Of a DNA stretch of 64,000 nucleotides, positions 10,219 through 21,152 are shown in pieces (positions within the stretch are counted from its first letter, which is position 1; the number at the start of each line of letters is the position of its first letter). A program made the position numbers and the translations under genes. The DNA comes from Thermodesulfovibrionales bacterium (GTDB lineage Bacteria; Nitrospirota; Thermodesulfovibrionia; Thermodesulfovibrionales; SM23-35), in NCBI GenBank assembly GCA_963715195.1, contig CAVQRT010000002.1:96001-160000 (forward strand). Reading direction: 5' to 3'. A model generated the notes under the pieces. That model ran no database searches and was not told where the DNA came from. It saw only the letters and a program-made list of their open reading frames with translations.

Positions 10219-12000
10219 ATGGTTCGGGATAAAGGGTGCGGTGAAATAAGGGAATCAGATGTCGGGCAGAACATGTCGCTCTGCGGCTGGGTTTTCAGAC
10301 GGCGGGACCACGGTGGCCTGATTTTTATAGACTTGCGGGACAGAAGCGGCATTCTTCAGGTCGTCTTCAGTCCTGACGTCGCGTCCGACGCACACGAACG
10401 GGCACATACCCTCAGGAGCGAATACGTCATCTCGGTTTCCGGTACCATTCGAAACAGGCCTGTCGGCACCGAGAATCCGAACATGCCGACGGGCAGTGTT
10501 GAGCTGTATGTGAATACCCTTGAACTCATGAATGACTCCTCTGCACTACCGTTCAGTATTGAAGACGCTGCTGAGGCATCTGAAGCACTGAGGCTCAAAC
10601 ACCGGTATCTTGACCTGAGAAGACCTGAACTCCAAAGAAACTTAATACTGCGGCATAGAGTTACAAAGCTCATCAGGGATTACCTGGATGAAAAGGGTTT
10701 CCTTGAAATCGAGACACCAATGCTCACAAAATCTACACCGGAAGGCGCACGCGACTACCTTGTGCCGAGCCGTTTGAACCCCGGACAATTTTATGCACTC
10801 CCTCAATCTCCCCAGATATTTAAACAGATATTGATGGTGGCTGGTCTGGAAAAATATTTTCAGATTGTAAAGTGCTTCAGGGATGAAGATCTCCGAGCAG
10901 ACAGGCAGCCTGAATTCACCCAGATCGACCTCGAAGTGTCTTTTGTCGAGAGCGAGGATGTCATAGCACTTGTTGAAGGAATGATGAAGAACATTTTTGA
11001 AGGTATTCTCAAAGAGAAACTCCCCATACCCTTCGACCGTTTGAGCTTTCATGAATCCATGGAGCGCTTCGGGAATGATAAACCCGACCTGAGATTCGGG
11101 CTGGAACTCAAAGAAATGGCCGATCTTGCCGGAAAAGGAAAATTCAAAGTTTTCCTTGATGCCATCCAGACTGGTGGCAGGGTCAAGGCAATGAACGGTA
11201 AGGGATTGGCGAGTCTCTCCAGGAAAGAAATAGATACTTTGACTGAGGAGGCAATCTCCTTCGGGGCGAAAGGACTTGCATGGATCAGGATAAAGGACGG
11301 TTTTGAGTCACCTATTGTTAAGTTCTTCCCGGCGGACGTTCTCAGGCAGATGGCTGAGAGACTTGAGGCAGAGGAGGGAGATCTCATGCTCTTTGTCGCT
11401 GATACGGAAAAGGTAGTTCATGATGTATTGAGCAGGATGCGCCTGGAACTGGGCAGACGATTAAACCTTATACAGCCGGGCTTCAGGTTCGTCTGGATCA
11501 CGGATTTTCCTCTCCTCGAATGGAATCAGGAAGACGGCCGGTTCGAAGCAATGCACCACCCATTTACTTCACCGGCAAATGACGACATCGAAAAGATGCT
11601 CGCCAGCGACATGAACAGCAGGGACATCCTCGGAACTCTCAAGGCCAAAGCATACGATATTGTCCTGAACGGATATGAGATAGGAGGCGGGAGCATCCGT
11701 ATCCACAGGCGTGATGTTCAGCGAAAGATGTTCGGGGTCCTCGGGATATCCGATGAGGAAGCAAGGATCAAATTTGGGTTTCTCCTGGACGCTCTTGAAT
11801 ACGGTGCACCCCCGCATGGTGGTATTGCGCTCGGTCTTGACAGGCTCATCATGATCATGGTCGGAGCACAATCCATCAGGGATGTCATTGCATTTCCAAA
11901 GACTCAGAAAGCATTCTGCCTGATGAGCGGGACTCCTTCACCGGTGGAACCAGAACAATTGAAGGAGCTGTCAATCAAAGTGGATCTGCCGGAGATTTAG
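10219..12000 (+). CDS. aspS: Aspartate-tRNA ligase (probably non-discriminating)
   Basis: [33 protein letters not shown]. Confidence 0.97.
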   Translation: MVRDKGCGEIRESDVGQNMSLCGWVFRRRDHGGLIFIDLRDRSGILQVVFSPDVASDAHERAHTLRSEYVISVSGTIRNRPVGTENPNMPTGSVELYVNTLELMNDSSALPFSIEDAAEASEALRLKHRYLDLRRPELQRNLILRHRVTKLIRDYLDEKGFLEIETPMLTKSTPEGARDYLVPSRLNPGQFYALPQSPQIFKQILMVAGLEKYFQIVKCFRDEDLRADRQPEFTQIDLEVSFVESEDVIALVEGMMKNIFEGILKEKLPIPFDRLSFHESMERFGNDKPDLRFGLELKEMADLAGKGKFKVFLDAIQTGGRVKAMNGKGLASLSRKEIDTLTEEAISFGAKGLAWIRIKDGFESPIVKFFPADVLRQMAERLEAEEGDLMLFVADTEKVVHDVLSRMRLELGRRLNLIQPGFRFVWITDFPLLEWNQEDGRFEAMHHPFTSPANDDIEKMLASDMNSRDILGTLKAKAYDIVLNGYEIGGGSIRIHRRDVQRKMFGVLGISDEEARIKFGFLLDALEYGAPPHGGIALGLDRLIMIMVGAQSIRDVIAFPKTQKAFCLMSGTPSPVEPEQLKELSIKVDLPEI

Positions 12001-12010
12001 GTTCCTTGCC

Positions 12011-13522
12011 TTATCTCTCTTCTATTGCGTTTAATGCTTCTTCTGCAGCTGCCCGCACCGTAGAATCCTTGTCATTGAGTGCATCTCGCAGAGGTTCGAT
12101 GGCCCGTGGATCTTTTATCTTGCCGAGTGAGGCCGCGGCTTCAAACCGCACAAGCCACATCGGGTCTCTCAGGGCTTCTACGAGGGGCACAACAGCCCGC
12201 GAATCCTTTAACTCTCCGAGTATGGAGGCTGCAGTAGACCTGATATGCAAGTCATCTTCTTTCAGGGCAAAAATTAACTTCTCGATCACGGAGGAACCCA
12301 TTCTTTTGAGTGCCCTGGCAGCACTTTCACGGACATTCGCATTTTTATCTCTGATGGCATCGAACAAGGGTTCAGCTGCAAGAGGATCCCGAATGTTCCC
12401 CAACGCAGTGGCTGCCTCCGAACGCACCGCCCAGGATTCATCCTTGAGAGCGTCAATGAGTGGCACCACGGCTCTGGCATCTTTTATTTCGCCGAGCACT
12501 GATGCCGTTTTCACCCTGACAGCCGTTCGATGATCTTTCAGAGGAGCCGAGAGTAATGGTTGGACTGCAGGCGCCCCAATCGCGGTTAATGCACGGGCAG
12601 CGCTGTCCCGGACACCCGAATCATCATCGTGGAGCGCATCAATAAGGGGCGCTACCGCCCGGATATCCCTCAGCTGTCCCAGGGCTTCAGCAGCGTTCTG
12701 CCGAACGGTCCTGTCTTCGTCCTTGAGGGACCCGATAAGGGGTTCAACAATCCGGGGATCCTTTGTTTCCTGCAATGCCTGAATAGCCATTTGCCTGACA
12801 ATGCATTCCTCATTTCTGGAAGCTTTCAACAGTGCTTCCACTGCATGATCGTCCCTCATTTTATCGATGATCTTTTGTAAGGCTTCCTGGGCTGACTGTT
12901 TCACCTTAAGCTTCTTGTCCCGCAAAAGAGCACAGAGAGGCTCTAATGCGCGGGAATCTCTCAAATCGCCCAGAGCCTCAACAGCACTGGTGCGGAGAGA
13001 AGCGTCTTCAACCTGGAGAGCTGCAATGATAGGCTCTACAGCACGTATGTCTTTTATTTTCCCCAATGCTTCTATCGCATTCTTTTGCATGCTTAAGTCC
13101 TTGTCCTGTAGGACTACAATCAGTGGTTCCACTGCAGGACGCCCTATCTTCACCAGTGCTGCCAATGCTTCCCTGTCAGGTGAGGTTGATCCGGCTATCT
13201 TGCCTTCACGATAAAGCAGAACGGGATGCGTATCGTGAAAAAGGCTGATCAGGAATGGAACAGCAGGGATAGCAGCTTCTCCCATGTCACCCAGTGTATT
13301 TGCTGCCGAACTCCGCTCTTCAGGGCTCCGGGAGTAAAGCGATTCGATAAGGGTTTTGACCTGAGGTGATGTATGCGGCGGGATAGTGTCTTTTGAAATT
13401 TTCGGCTGGGCATAAGAAGATACCTGCAACAATAGGATAAATGCCGGGAGACAGATTAAAAATCGGATGATGCCTGACTTGCTTCCGCATGTTCTCACTG
13501 GTACGGTTCTTTCAAGCGACAT
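12011..13522 (-). CDS. HEAT (PBS-lyase-like) repeat protein, probably exported
   Basis: Many VRxxAAxALGxIxDxRAVxPLIxALxD units; N-terminal hydrophobic segment. Confidence 0.88.
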   Translation of the reverse strand: MSLERTVPVRTCGSKSGIIRFLICLPAFILLLQVSSYAQPKISKDTIPPHTSPQVKTLIESLYSRSPEERSSAANTLGDMGEAAIPAVPFLISLFHDTHPVLLYREGKIAGSTSPDREALAALVKIGRPAVEPLIVVLQDKDLSMQKNAIEALGKIKDIRAVEPIIAALQVEDASLRTSAVEALGDLRDSRALEPLCALLRDKKLKVKQSAQEALQKIIDKMRDDHAVEALLKASRNEECIVRQMAIQALQETKDPRIVEPLIGSLKDEDRTVRQNAAEALGQLRDIRAVAPLIDALHDDDSGVRDSAARALTAIGAPAVQPLLSAPLKDHRTAVRVKTASVLGEIKDARAVVPLIDALKDESWAVRSEAATALGNIRDPLAAEPLFDAIRDKNANVRESAARALKRMGSSVIEKLIFALKEDDLHIRSTAASILGELKDSRAVVPLVEALRDPMWLVRFEAAASLGKIKDPRAIEPLRDALNDKDSTVRAAAEEALNAIEER

Positions 13523-13533
13523 ATGTAACTCAC

Positions 13534-14757
13534 CTAAAATTGCTTGATATGACGGATGTATGAAGCATAATTCCTTTGTATTTCCTCCATGCTGTCGCCA
13601 CCGAATTTGTCAAGGAACACATCGGCTATTGTTAAGGCAACCATTGCCTCTCCGATGACGCCTGCTGCCGGTACAGCACATATATCGGACCGTTCATACA
13701 CTGCTTTTACTGGCTTTCTGGTTGTGATGTCAACAGAGCGGAGCGGCCTTCTCAATGTCGGGATCGGCTTCATGCCTGCCCTCAGAAGAATCGGCATGCC
13801 GTCAGTCATCCCTCCCTCAGTCCCTCCGGCATTGTTTGTTTTCCGATAGAAACCGGAACGATCGGAATAGAATATTTCATCCATGACCTCTGATCCTGAT
13901 CGCTTGCTCATCTCAAACCCAAGCCCTACCTCAACGCCTTTAATCGCCTGAATGCTCATCAATGCATGGGCAAGCCGACCGTCAAGCCGTTTGTCCCATT
14001 GAATATGGCTGCCCAGTCCAACGGGGGCACCGGTTACAAAAACCGCAAAGACACCGCCAACAGAATCCCCGGATTTTGCAGCCCTGTCAATCAGCTTCAT
14101 CATCCTGCCAGTGGTCTCTGCGTCCGGGCACCTGACAGGTGACTTCTCAGCTTTCTTGTATAAGGATTCAAGGGTTCGAGGGTTCGAGGGTTCAAGCAGG
14201 TGAGAACTATCAACTGATCCCTTAATCCCTTGACCCCTTGACTCCTGCATTCTGATATCCCCTATTTGTATGACAAAGCTGCCGATTACGATATGAAATG
14301 TTTGCAGGAATTTTTTTGCTACAGCACCGAGCGCAACCCTCATGGCAGTCTCACGCGCACTTGAACGTTCGAGGACATTTCTCATGTCGTCATGCCCGTA
14401 CTTCATAGCACCGGTCAGGTCCGCGTGGCCGGGCCTGGGTCTTGTTACTGCCGGAATCGACCCCTCATCCTCCGCGTATGAAGACATACCCCTGATCCAG
14501 TTCTGATAATCTTTATTTTCAATAAGGAGAGTAATCGGTGATCCGATGGTCTTTCCCCACCTCACACCCGAAAGGATTTCCGCATGATCAGATTCGATCT
14601 TCATCCTCCCTCCACGGCCATAGCCCTTCTGTCTTCTTTCCAGATCCTTGTCGACATCTCTCTCAGAAAGGGAAAGTCCGGAAGGAATCCCCTCGAGAAT
14701 ACCGATGAGGGCCTTGCCGTGTGATTCACCTGCTGTCAGGTACCTGAGATTCGCCAT
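13534..14757 (-). CDS. aroC: Chorismate synthase with repeat-derived insert
   Basis: TAGESHG, RPGHAD, ERSSARET, KPIPTL, ERSD. Confidence 0.97.
   Translation of the reverse strand: MANLRYLTAGESHGKALIGILEGIPSGLSLSERDVDKDLERRQKGYGRGGRMKIESDHAEILSGVRWGKTIGSPITLLIENKDYQNWIRGMSSYAEDEGSIPAVTRPRPGHADLTGAMKYGHDDMRNVLERSSARETAMRVALGAVAKKFLQTFHIVIGSFVIQIGDIRMQESRGQGIKGSVDSSHLLEPSNPRTLESLYKKAEKSPVRCPDAETTGRMMKLIDRAAKSGDSVGGVFAVFVTGAPVGLGSHIQWDKRLDGRLAHALMSIQAIKGVEVGLGFEMSKRSGSEVMDEIFYSDRSGFYRKTNNAGGTEGGMTDGMPILLRAGMKPIPTLRRPLRSVDITTRKPVKAVYERSDICAVPAAGVIGEAMVALTIADVFLDKFGGDSMEEIQRNYASYIRHIKQF
14162..14246. repeat. Inverted octamer tandem arrays inside aroC
   Basis: GGATTCAA GGGTTCGA GGGTTCGA GGGTTCAA ... 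CCCTTAAT CCCTTGAC CCCTTGAC. Confidence 0.8.
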
Positions 14758-14820
14758 AGTTCATAAAAGTATATCACAGTTCCTGTCAAACGTATTTCCG
14801 GCAGAGGACCCAAGCCGGAA

Positions 14821-14850
14821 TTGACAAATTTCCCGCAGAGGACATATCAT
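14821..14850 (+). promoter_or_regulatory. sigma70-like promoter of the CPBP protease gene
   Basis: TTGACA-N18-TATCAT. Confidence 0.6.
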
Positions 14851-14867
14851 CAGCGTGACGAGAATCG

Positions 14868-15395
14868 ATGAATAGCAAAATCATTATCGGGTATCTTTCC
14901 GTTCTGGGTCTCTCATTCTTCCTGTACGCAGTGAAGCCAGGTGCTTCTTATTTCAGTCTTTTACCGCTGCTCATGATCATATTCCCGTTCATTGTTGGAC
15001 ACAGGGTCAAACTGACTTTTTCGCTGCAGGATTTTTCCATGGGATTCGGTGCGGCGCTTATGGTTCTCCTGCCATATTATCTCATCTTCGGAGGAACCGG
15101 CAAAACAATCACATCGTATACCTTAATTTTTCAGATCCTGAGCGTGGCTTTCCCCGAGGAATTTTTCTTCAGGGGGTTCTTGCAGGATCTGATAGGGAAA
15201 AACCTGAGAGCGGTGTTTGTGGCGAGCATGCTCTTTTCCCTTGCCCATCTTCCGAAGGCACTATTTACCGGAGAGTGGATTTTGCTTCTCAGCTTTTTCC
15301 CTTCGCTGATTATGGGATGGCTCTATATGAAAACGGATAACATCCTTCCTTGTGTACTATTCCATTTTTTGGCGAATCTGGTGTATCAATATTAG
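14868..15395 (+). CDS. CPBP (Abi/CAAX type II) glutamic intramembrane protease, candidate myxosortase/MrtJ-like sorting enzyme
   Basis: EEFFFRG, FSLAH, HFLAN motifs; multiple TM segments. Confidence 0.85.
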   Translation: MNSKIIIGYLSVLGLSFFLYAVKPGASYFSLLPLLMIIFPFIVGHRVKLTFSLQDFSMGFGAALMVLLPYYLIFGGTGKTITSYTLIFQILSVAFPEEFFFRGFLQDLIGKNLRAVFVASMLFSLAHLPKALFTGEWILLLSFFPSLIMGWLYMKTDNILPCVLFHFLANLVYQY

Positions 15396-15406
15396 GGGTC
15401 GAGGTT

Positions 15407-17808
15407 TCAAGAATCCAAGTTCTTGAATTTTTTATTTGATCGAATAATGCATTTAAAAGGTGCGGATGTTGTGAGAAAAATTGTTTTTCGAACAATGTCT
15501 GCACTTTTGGGATTAAATTCTTTTACATGACTCTTCGAACCCTTGGCCCCTCGAATCCTTTTTCTTGCCATTATCCAGACCACGAATGCAGGGAGGAAGA
15601 GTATTGTTAAATCCGCCGCTGCCGTTTGATTATTCGAAGTATTTCCCACTGAACACCCTCCGCCACCGCCTCCATCAGATTTTGCTCCGTTTTGTACCGT
15701 TACCGACACCTCAGTCGAATATGAAGAATAAGCTTGATCGATAAAGCCCCTTACCCTGTATGTGAAGGTTCCGGTTTGAAGACCGCTGTCGGTATATGTG
15801 GTAACACCTGAGGAAACCAATGCTATTTCCCTGAACTGATCTCCTGATCTTTGTCTTTCTATGGCAAAGCCCTCCTCAGCATTTGATGTATCCGCCCACG
15901 TTAGCAAAACCCTGCCGCCTGTCAGCGTCGTGCCGGTCAATTCAGACGGGGACAGCAAGGACGTGACTGCTTTATAAGCATTGAGCCTCCCGCCTGACAA
16001 TATTTTCCCCTGCAGTGACTGCCTGACATCAACAGAATGCAAGATCACACTCTTCAGGTGCTGAGCGCTAAAATTTCCATAATACGAAGCAACAAGGGCA
16101 GCAACACCTGAAACTACGGCCGTTGACATCGAAGTTCCATTAAACAGCGCGTAAGCATCACGATAATCAATTGAAAAGGCCGTCGCACTTCCAACGGGCA
16201 AAACAGCATCAACAAAAAACTGGTTTCCAGCGCCATCGCCGTGTCGTCAGGGAAATATCTACCAAGAGTCCATTAAAGATATCGGCACCTGTGAGGATTC
16301 TCCCGTTTGCATTATCGGAAACATACCGTGCATGGAGGTAGGTTTCGTAGAAATCGCTCCGACCGATGTCATACCCGATTTCCTGTCCAGTGATCAGGAG
16401 GGCACCACCCGAATCAAGATAGGATACGGAGATTTTCCTGATCGGCTGCAGTTAACGTATTCCTGAATTCATTACCGGTAAACCAAATAACAAGACTGTA
16501 CTGTTTGAGGATATCTGCTCCCGGGCCATCACCGTTCAAGGGGATTTGATAAGAATCTGACGAATAACCGAGGGCCCGGACAGACTCTGTATAGTACGTT
16601 TCATACGAACTGCCGCCATCGTCATCAACGATCAGGATACTCCCTCCATCGGGAATTCCGGCGAAGCTTGCTGCCCGCTGCAAAACTTCTTTGCGTGACA
16701 AAGCGCCATTGATGCCTTCAAACCCAAACGAAAGATAAATCACTTTATACAATCCGCTGTAGGTTACGCCGGTTACGAAAGACGGGATTGCACTGATTAT
16801 GTTTGTGCCCGGTGCTGCGATATCGACAGAAACAAGCCCGTAGTTCGAAAAATTCGCCAGATTATCGTTCTGATCTGTGGCAGCAACCGAGATAATATTG
16901 GAAAGATTAAAGCTTGCAGGATACAGAGGGGTTACATCACTGTTCCCTCCTATTGCGGATCTACCATCATTACCTGCAGCAGCAATGAAGAGGATGTCGG
17001 GGAAAGCCTTTATCGAGTTGTACAGGGCCTGTGAATAGTCAGACCCACTGAAACTCATGTTGATAATTTTTACATTATGATCGGCAGCAAATGCTATTGC
17101 CTCAATAACATCCGCAATCGTGCCCTCTCCGTTTTCGTCGAGTGCCCTTAAAGGCATTATCCGGGAATTCCATGCAGTCCCCGTGATTCCCCGTGCATTA
17201 TTGCTGACAGCACCGATAATGCCTGCTACATGAGTGCCATGCCCATTGAGGTCGTCAGGTTCATAATCATCATCAACGAAGTCATACCCCGTTAATAGAT
17301 TCCCTGCGAGATCAGGGTGGTCTTTATCAACACCGGAATCTATTACGCCAACTATGACAGCCGAAGTCCCTTTTGTTATATCCCACGCTTCGTCTGCATC
17401 AATGTCGGCATCAGACGTGCCAACGAAACCGCTCACAATCTGGCCGGTATTCAGCAAATACCATTGTTCGGTGAACCTGGCATCATCAGGAATTACGGCA
17501 GCCCACACCAAATAATTGGGCTCGGCATATTCTACGTCCGGACTTTCGCTGTAAAGCCTGACAGCTTCTTCGACGGAGAGATCGGCCGGTAGTTTGACCC
17601 TCTCAACCCCTTCGGTCTTAACTCGCTTCATTACATGTGCGCCGAGCATACGATGGGCTGAGCATTTTTGCATATCATGTACGCTCGGCTTGAATTTGAC
17701 AAGTATCTCACCTTCTTTATAGACAAGGCCGGTATTCCCTTTTCCGACCTCCCCCCCGCATGAAAAGATGCCCAATATAGCAATCATGAGAAAGATGTGT
17801 TTTACCAT
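15407..17808 (-). CDS. Subtilase A (S8) lipoprotein: prodomain, catalytic domain with insert, FN3, Gly-Cys C-terminal tag; frameshifts at ~16428 and ~16243
   Basis: Lipobox IFSC; VIDSG, HGTHVAG, AAAGN in the 5' piece; NGTSMS in the 3' piece; intervening frame reads continuously. Confidence 0.85.
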
Positions 17809-17813
17809 ATTGC

Positions 17814-18593
17814 TCAGAATACAATCGGCCCTTTCACCGGGATTACATAATATCCGGGTGATACCTGATATCTTTCAACCTGCGAAATAAAAAGAGGATT
17901 TTCGAGCAATAATTTTTCAGGCATTACTTCCACCCTGAGATCCATGAGATTGCCTCTGATAACTCCTTTTAGTCTTGCGAAAATATCCTTGCCCTCCAGA
18001 TAGATGGATGCGATATCAATAGTATTCCCGTCAACATCCACAGCCCCTTTTACTGTGTGAAAAAAATTCAGAGGTACCAGGACACTTCCATGAACCGTGG
18101 GCTCAAATGCAGCGTCACCCACAAAAAAATCCACGTGCCATCTTTGATCGGTCAGGATAATGTTTCCCGAAACAGTCCCCTCCCCGCGTATGCCGGTCAT
18201 TGTGAGAAATTGCACATCCCTTAAACGGGCCTGCCTGAAATCCATATTCATCGTACTACTTTTTTTTGAAAGGCTGGCATCTCCGGAAAAACTGCCTTCA
18301 CCGAGTCTGCCATGGACAGACAGATCAATCCGTAAAGCGATAAGATTCAACGGATTTATCTTGGCATGGACAGCGTGTAACGAAATCAATTCTGTCCCCA
18401 TGCTTGTCAGAGCAATTCTGTCAGCATACAGACGATAAAATAAGCCCTTTCTCAGACCTTCAACCGTCATCGCAACGTTCTGATTACGGACAGAATCTTC
18501 AATGATTGTTTCCATCGCCGAAACAGGGAATGCCGTCCAAATACCCCAGACAACGGTTACGACGGCAACAAGTGCAAAAAAAAATTTTTTCAA
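17814..18593 (-). CDS. gspN: Type II secretion protein N
   Basis: N-terminal TM ending AFP, beta-rich; follows gspM. Confidence 0.7.
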   Translation of the reverse strand: MKKFFFALVAVVTVVWGIWTAFPVSAMETIIEDSVRNQNVAMTVEGLRKGLFYRLYADRIALTSMGTELISLHAVHAKINPLNLIALRIDLSVHGRLGEGSFSGDASLSKKSSTMNMDFRQARLRDVQFLTMTGIRGEGTVSGNIILTDQRWHVDFFVGDAAFEPTVHGSVLVPLNFFHTVKGAVDVDGNTIDIASIYLEGKDIFARLKGVIRGNLMDLRVEVMPEKLLLENPLFISQVERYQVSPGYYVIPVKGPIVF

Positions 18594-18676
18594 TGAAGAT
18601 ACCTTACCTTATTTTTGTATAAAGCAGGTCAAGAACTTTGATTCATTCGTTTTAATGTTGAAAGGCACATTGCACT

Positions 18677-19183
18677 TTACTTCGTTTTTAAAAACGAAAG
18701 CATAAGGGTAATGTTCAGGAGTTCCGGATTCTCAAACGACTGCTTAACCGTCACCTTCCTTACGGTAAGAATCATTGGCGCATGCTCGATACGGTAGAAG
18801 ATGTTCACCATTTCATTCATGGTAACTTTTTCAACCGAGACATCCGCTTCTTCTTCAATCCCGTCCTTAGTTTCCTTCTTTCCGATGCTCTTTACTGCCT
18901 TAATGTTATCCCTGAGGCCGACGGATGAAAAAACCTCGTCAATAGCCTGCAGAACTCCCTGCACATTCGCCAGATGTTTCTTATTTTCGACTGTCTGTAT
19001 TTTCTGCTGCAGGGACAAAAACTCTTGCCTGAGTGATGACATCTCTTTGTGTTTTTCCCGCAGGTGATGCAATTCCTTCGTTTGGGAGGAAAGTATTTTT
19101 AGGCCAAGGGCTGCGATAATCACAAAGGGTATCAGGACAGATACGAGATAGATAACCCGCCTGTCCTTAAAAAGATTTTTCAC
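18677..19183 (-). CDS. gspM: Type II secretion protein M-like
   Basis: Single TM, coiled coil, ferredoxin-like C-terminus; follows gspL. Confidence 0.7.
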   Translation of the reverse strand: MKNLFKDRRVIYLVSVLIPFVIIAALGLKILSSQTKELHHLREKHKEMSSLRQEFLSLQQKIQTVENKKHLANVQGVLQAIDEVFSSVGLRDNIKAVKSIGKKETKDGIEEEADVSVEKVTMNEMVNIFYRIEHAPMILTVRKVTVKQSFENPELLNITLMLSFLKTK

Positions 19184-20244
19184 ATCTCCCTCTCTTTCGC
19201 AGTAATGGTAAAAAGCGTTCTCCCCTGCACAGAAACCTTTGAATCTGAAATCGATACATCCTGAAAATGTTTTTTTAGCTTCCCCTGCAGCTGCTGCACG
19301 GCGCTTAAGGAGCCTGCTTCTCCTCGAAAAGTAAGCTTTTCATTTTCAATGGTCACCTCATGAAATCTGCCATCTTCTCTTTCAATCTGAGCAAGTTCCG
19401 AAAGCACATTCAGGGGCTTGATACCGATAAAAACTCCTTCCCTACTCTTGAGTTCCTTGAAGTGAGATTTCAACTGGTGGAGTTCGTTCATAATGTTTTT
19501 CTCTTCGGGAAAGAGCTCAAGATAGGATTTCCGTATCTCGTTTCTTAATAGTATTATTTCCTGTTTTGAAGTCACTATCCTGAATAAGATATTCGCAGCC
19601 AGGACAAGGATAATCATGGCAACCAACACGGCTGTCATCTTCAGGGATTTCCTTGTTGTTTCGGCATCACGGGTATATGCAAATTCATTCCGCCGCAAAT
19701 TGATCGTCGGATTCCTGATCTCTTCAATGGCAAGGGCTATCCTTTCTTCGTTGGGTATGGATACAGGAGGTACAAGGTTTGACAACGCAAACCCCTTCAG
19801 GGCATTTTTCAGTTCAAGAGAAGTTATGCAGGCAGGGTCGATCCCGACTAAGTTCAGTTTCTCAAGGATTGCCCTGAGACGATGCTTTTCTATGTATACC
19901 GCGAGGACCTGATATGCGTTATCCGTTCTACCGACGATGACTGCATCGAAAATCACTGCTTCTGAACCACCCAGAACCATCCCGTCGAGCTCAAAAGGGA
20001 GAACCTCACGTATCCGTTCTTTATCAGAAAATGGCAGATCAAGAACCCTGAAATTAAGGCTGGTGACAGGCAGACCGACGTATGTCGTTTTCATGTTTTC
20101 AGATGCTGCATCAGCAGGCAAGTCATAGGCATGAGTTAAAGGGAATTCCTTCTGCTCCTTTATTGCAAACCTGTTTCCCTTCATTTCAAAGATGTATCTG
20201 CACAATTCCTTATCTTTGATATCAAAAAAACAGATTTCGCTCAT
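19180..20244 (-). CDS. gspL: Type II secretion protein L
   Basis: LDLPFSD..IREVLPFELD, INLRRNEFAY, TM. Confidence 0.82.
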   Translation of the reverse strand: MSEICFFDIKDKELCRYIFEMKGNRFAIKEQKEFPLTHAYDLPADAASENMKTTYVGLPVTSLNFRVLDLPFSDKERIREVLPFELDGMVLGGSEAVIFDAVIVGRTDNAYQVLAVYIEKHRLRAILEKLNLVGIDPACITSLELKNALKGFALSNLVPPVSIPNEERIALAIEEIRNPTINLRRNEFAYTRDAETTRKSLKMTAVLVAMIILVLAANILFRIVTSKQEIILLRNEIRKSYLELFPEEKNIMNELHQLKSHFKELKSREGVFIGIKPLNVLSELAQIEREDGRFHEVTIENEKLTFRGEAGSLSAVQQLQGKLKKHFQDVSISDSKVSVQGRTLFTITAKEREM

Positions 20245-21152
20245 TAATATTCCTTCCAGTATTCAATGCTGGAGTTCTCAAGATTCAGGACCGTTTCGAT
20301 AATCCGTTTCACACCTCCTGCATCGGCTGCTGATTGTATAGAAAATTCTTCACCTTTTACCGTAATCACACCGGCGGGTATATCCATACCCCCTCCGAAA
20401 CCAGCCACATTGTCTAGCTCCCCTATGGCCTGAAAGGGATTGTTCTTACGAAAATCGATCACCCTCTGCGCAAGTTCATCAGTAATTTTTTCTGAAAGAC
20501 ACCTGAGAACCGGTTTCTCAGCCCCGTTAATATTTATAGAAAGATTGTCCCTGGTACCATAGACAGTTATATGCGGCAACAGGGTATTATAATCGTCCCT
20601 GCTTATTCCCGGTATCGACAAGATTTCATCCCTGCTGGCCAGACGTCCATTTTTTGCTTCTCTCTCAGAATCAGCATCCCGTGCTTCATGGTCGGAATCA
20701 ATCCAATCCACAATCCGGTCTGCTATCCTCTCATTGAGAGAGAGAACCCTGAGAAGTCTTTTAAAACAGTTGTAAGGGCTTCCCGGTTCATCCTCACGGA
20801 TAATCTCATTTGGAGGCACGAGGGCATTGACATTAAACCTGGAACTTTCATCCTCGATTCTTATCATTATACTTCCTTTGAAGCCTTCGAAAGGGTTTTC
20901 TACCGGAAACTCCATGACCCCTGGATATGAATAATCTGCATCTTTGAGGGCATCGGTTATCATCTTTGCCGATACATGTATACCCGACCTCGCCATGAGT
21001 GAAAGTCTCTGTGAATCACGCCAGTTATAAAGATTGCCCGTACCGATATACACTCCATATGAGAATTCTACAACCAGAGACATAATAAGAATCACAGCCA
21101 GCAATGTCACAACCAATGCTATGCCGCCCTGATTTTTCAAAGGATATGTCAT
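20244..21152 (-). CDS. gspK: Minor pseudopilin K
   Basis: GIALVVTL, IEDESSRFNVN, IVDWID, ININGA. Confidence 0.92.
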   Translation of the reverse strand: MTYPLKNQGGIALVVTLLAVILIMSLVVEFSYGVYIGTGNLYNWRDSQRLSLMARSGIHVSAKMITDALKDADYSYPGVMEFPVENPFEGFKGSIMIRIEDESSRFNVNALVPPNEIIREDEPGSPYNCFKRLLRVLSLNERIADRIVDWIDSDHEARDADSEREAKNGRLASRDEILSIPGISRDDYNTLLPHITVYGTRDNLSININGAEKPVLRCLSEKITDELAQRVIDFRKNNPFQAIGELDNVAGFGGGMDIPAGVITVKGEEFSIQSAADAGGVKRIIETVLNLENSSIEYWKEY

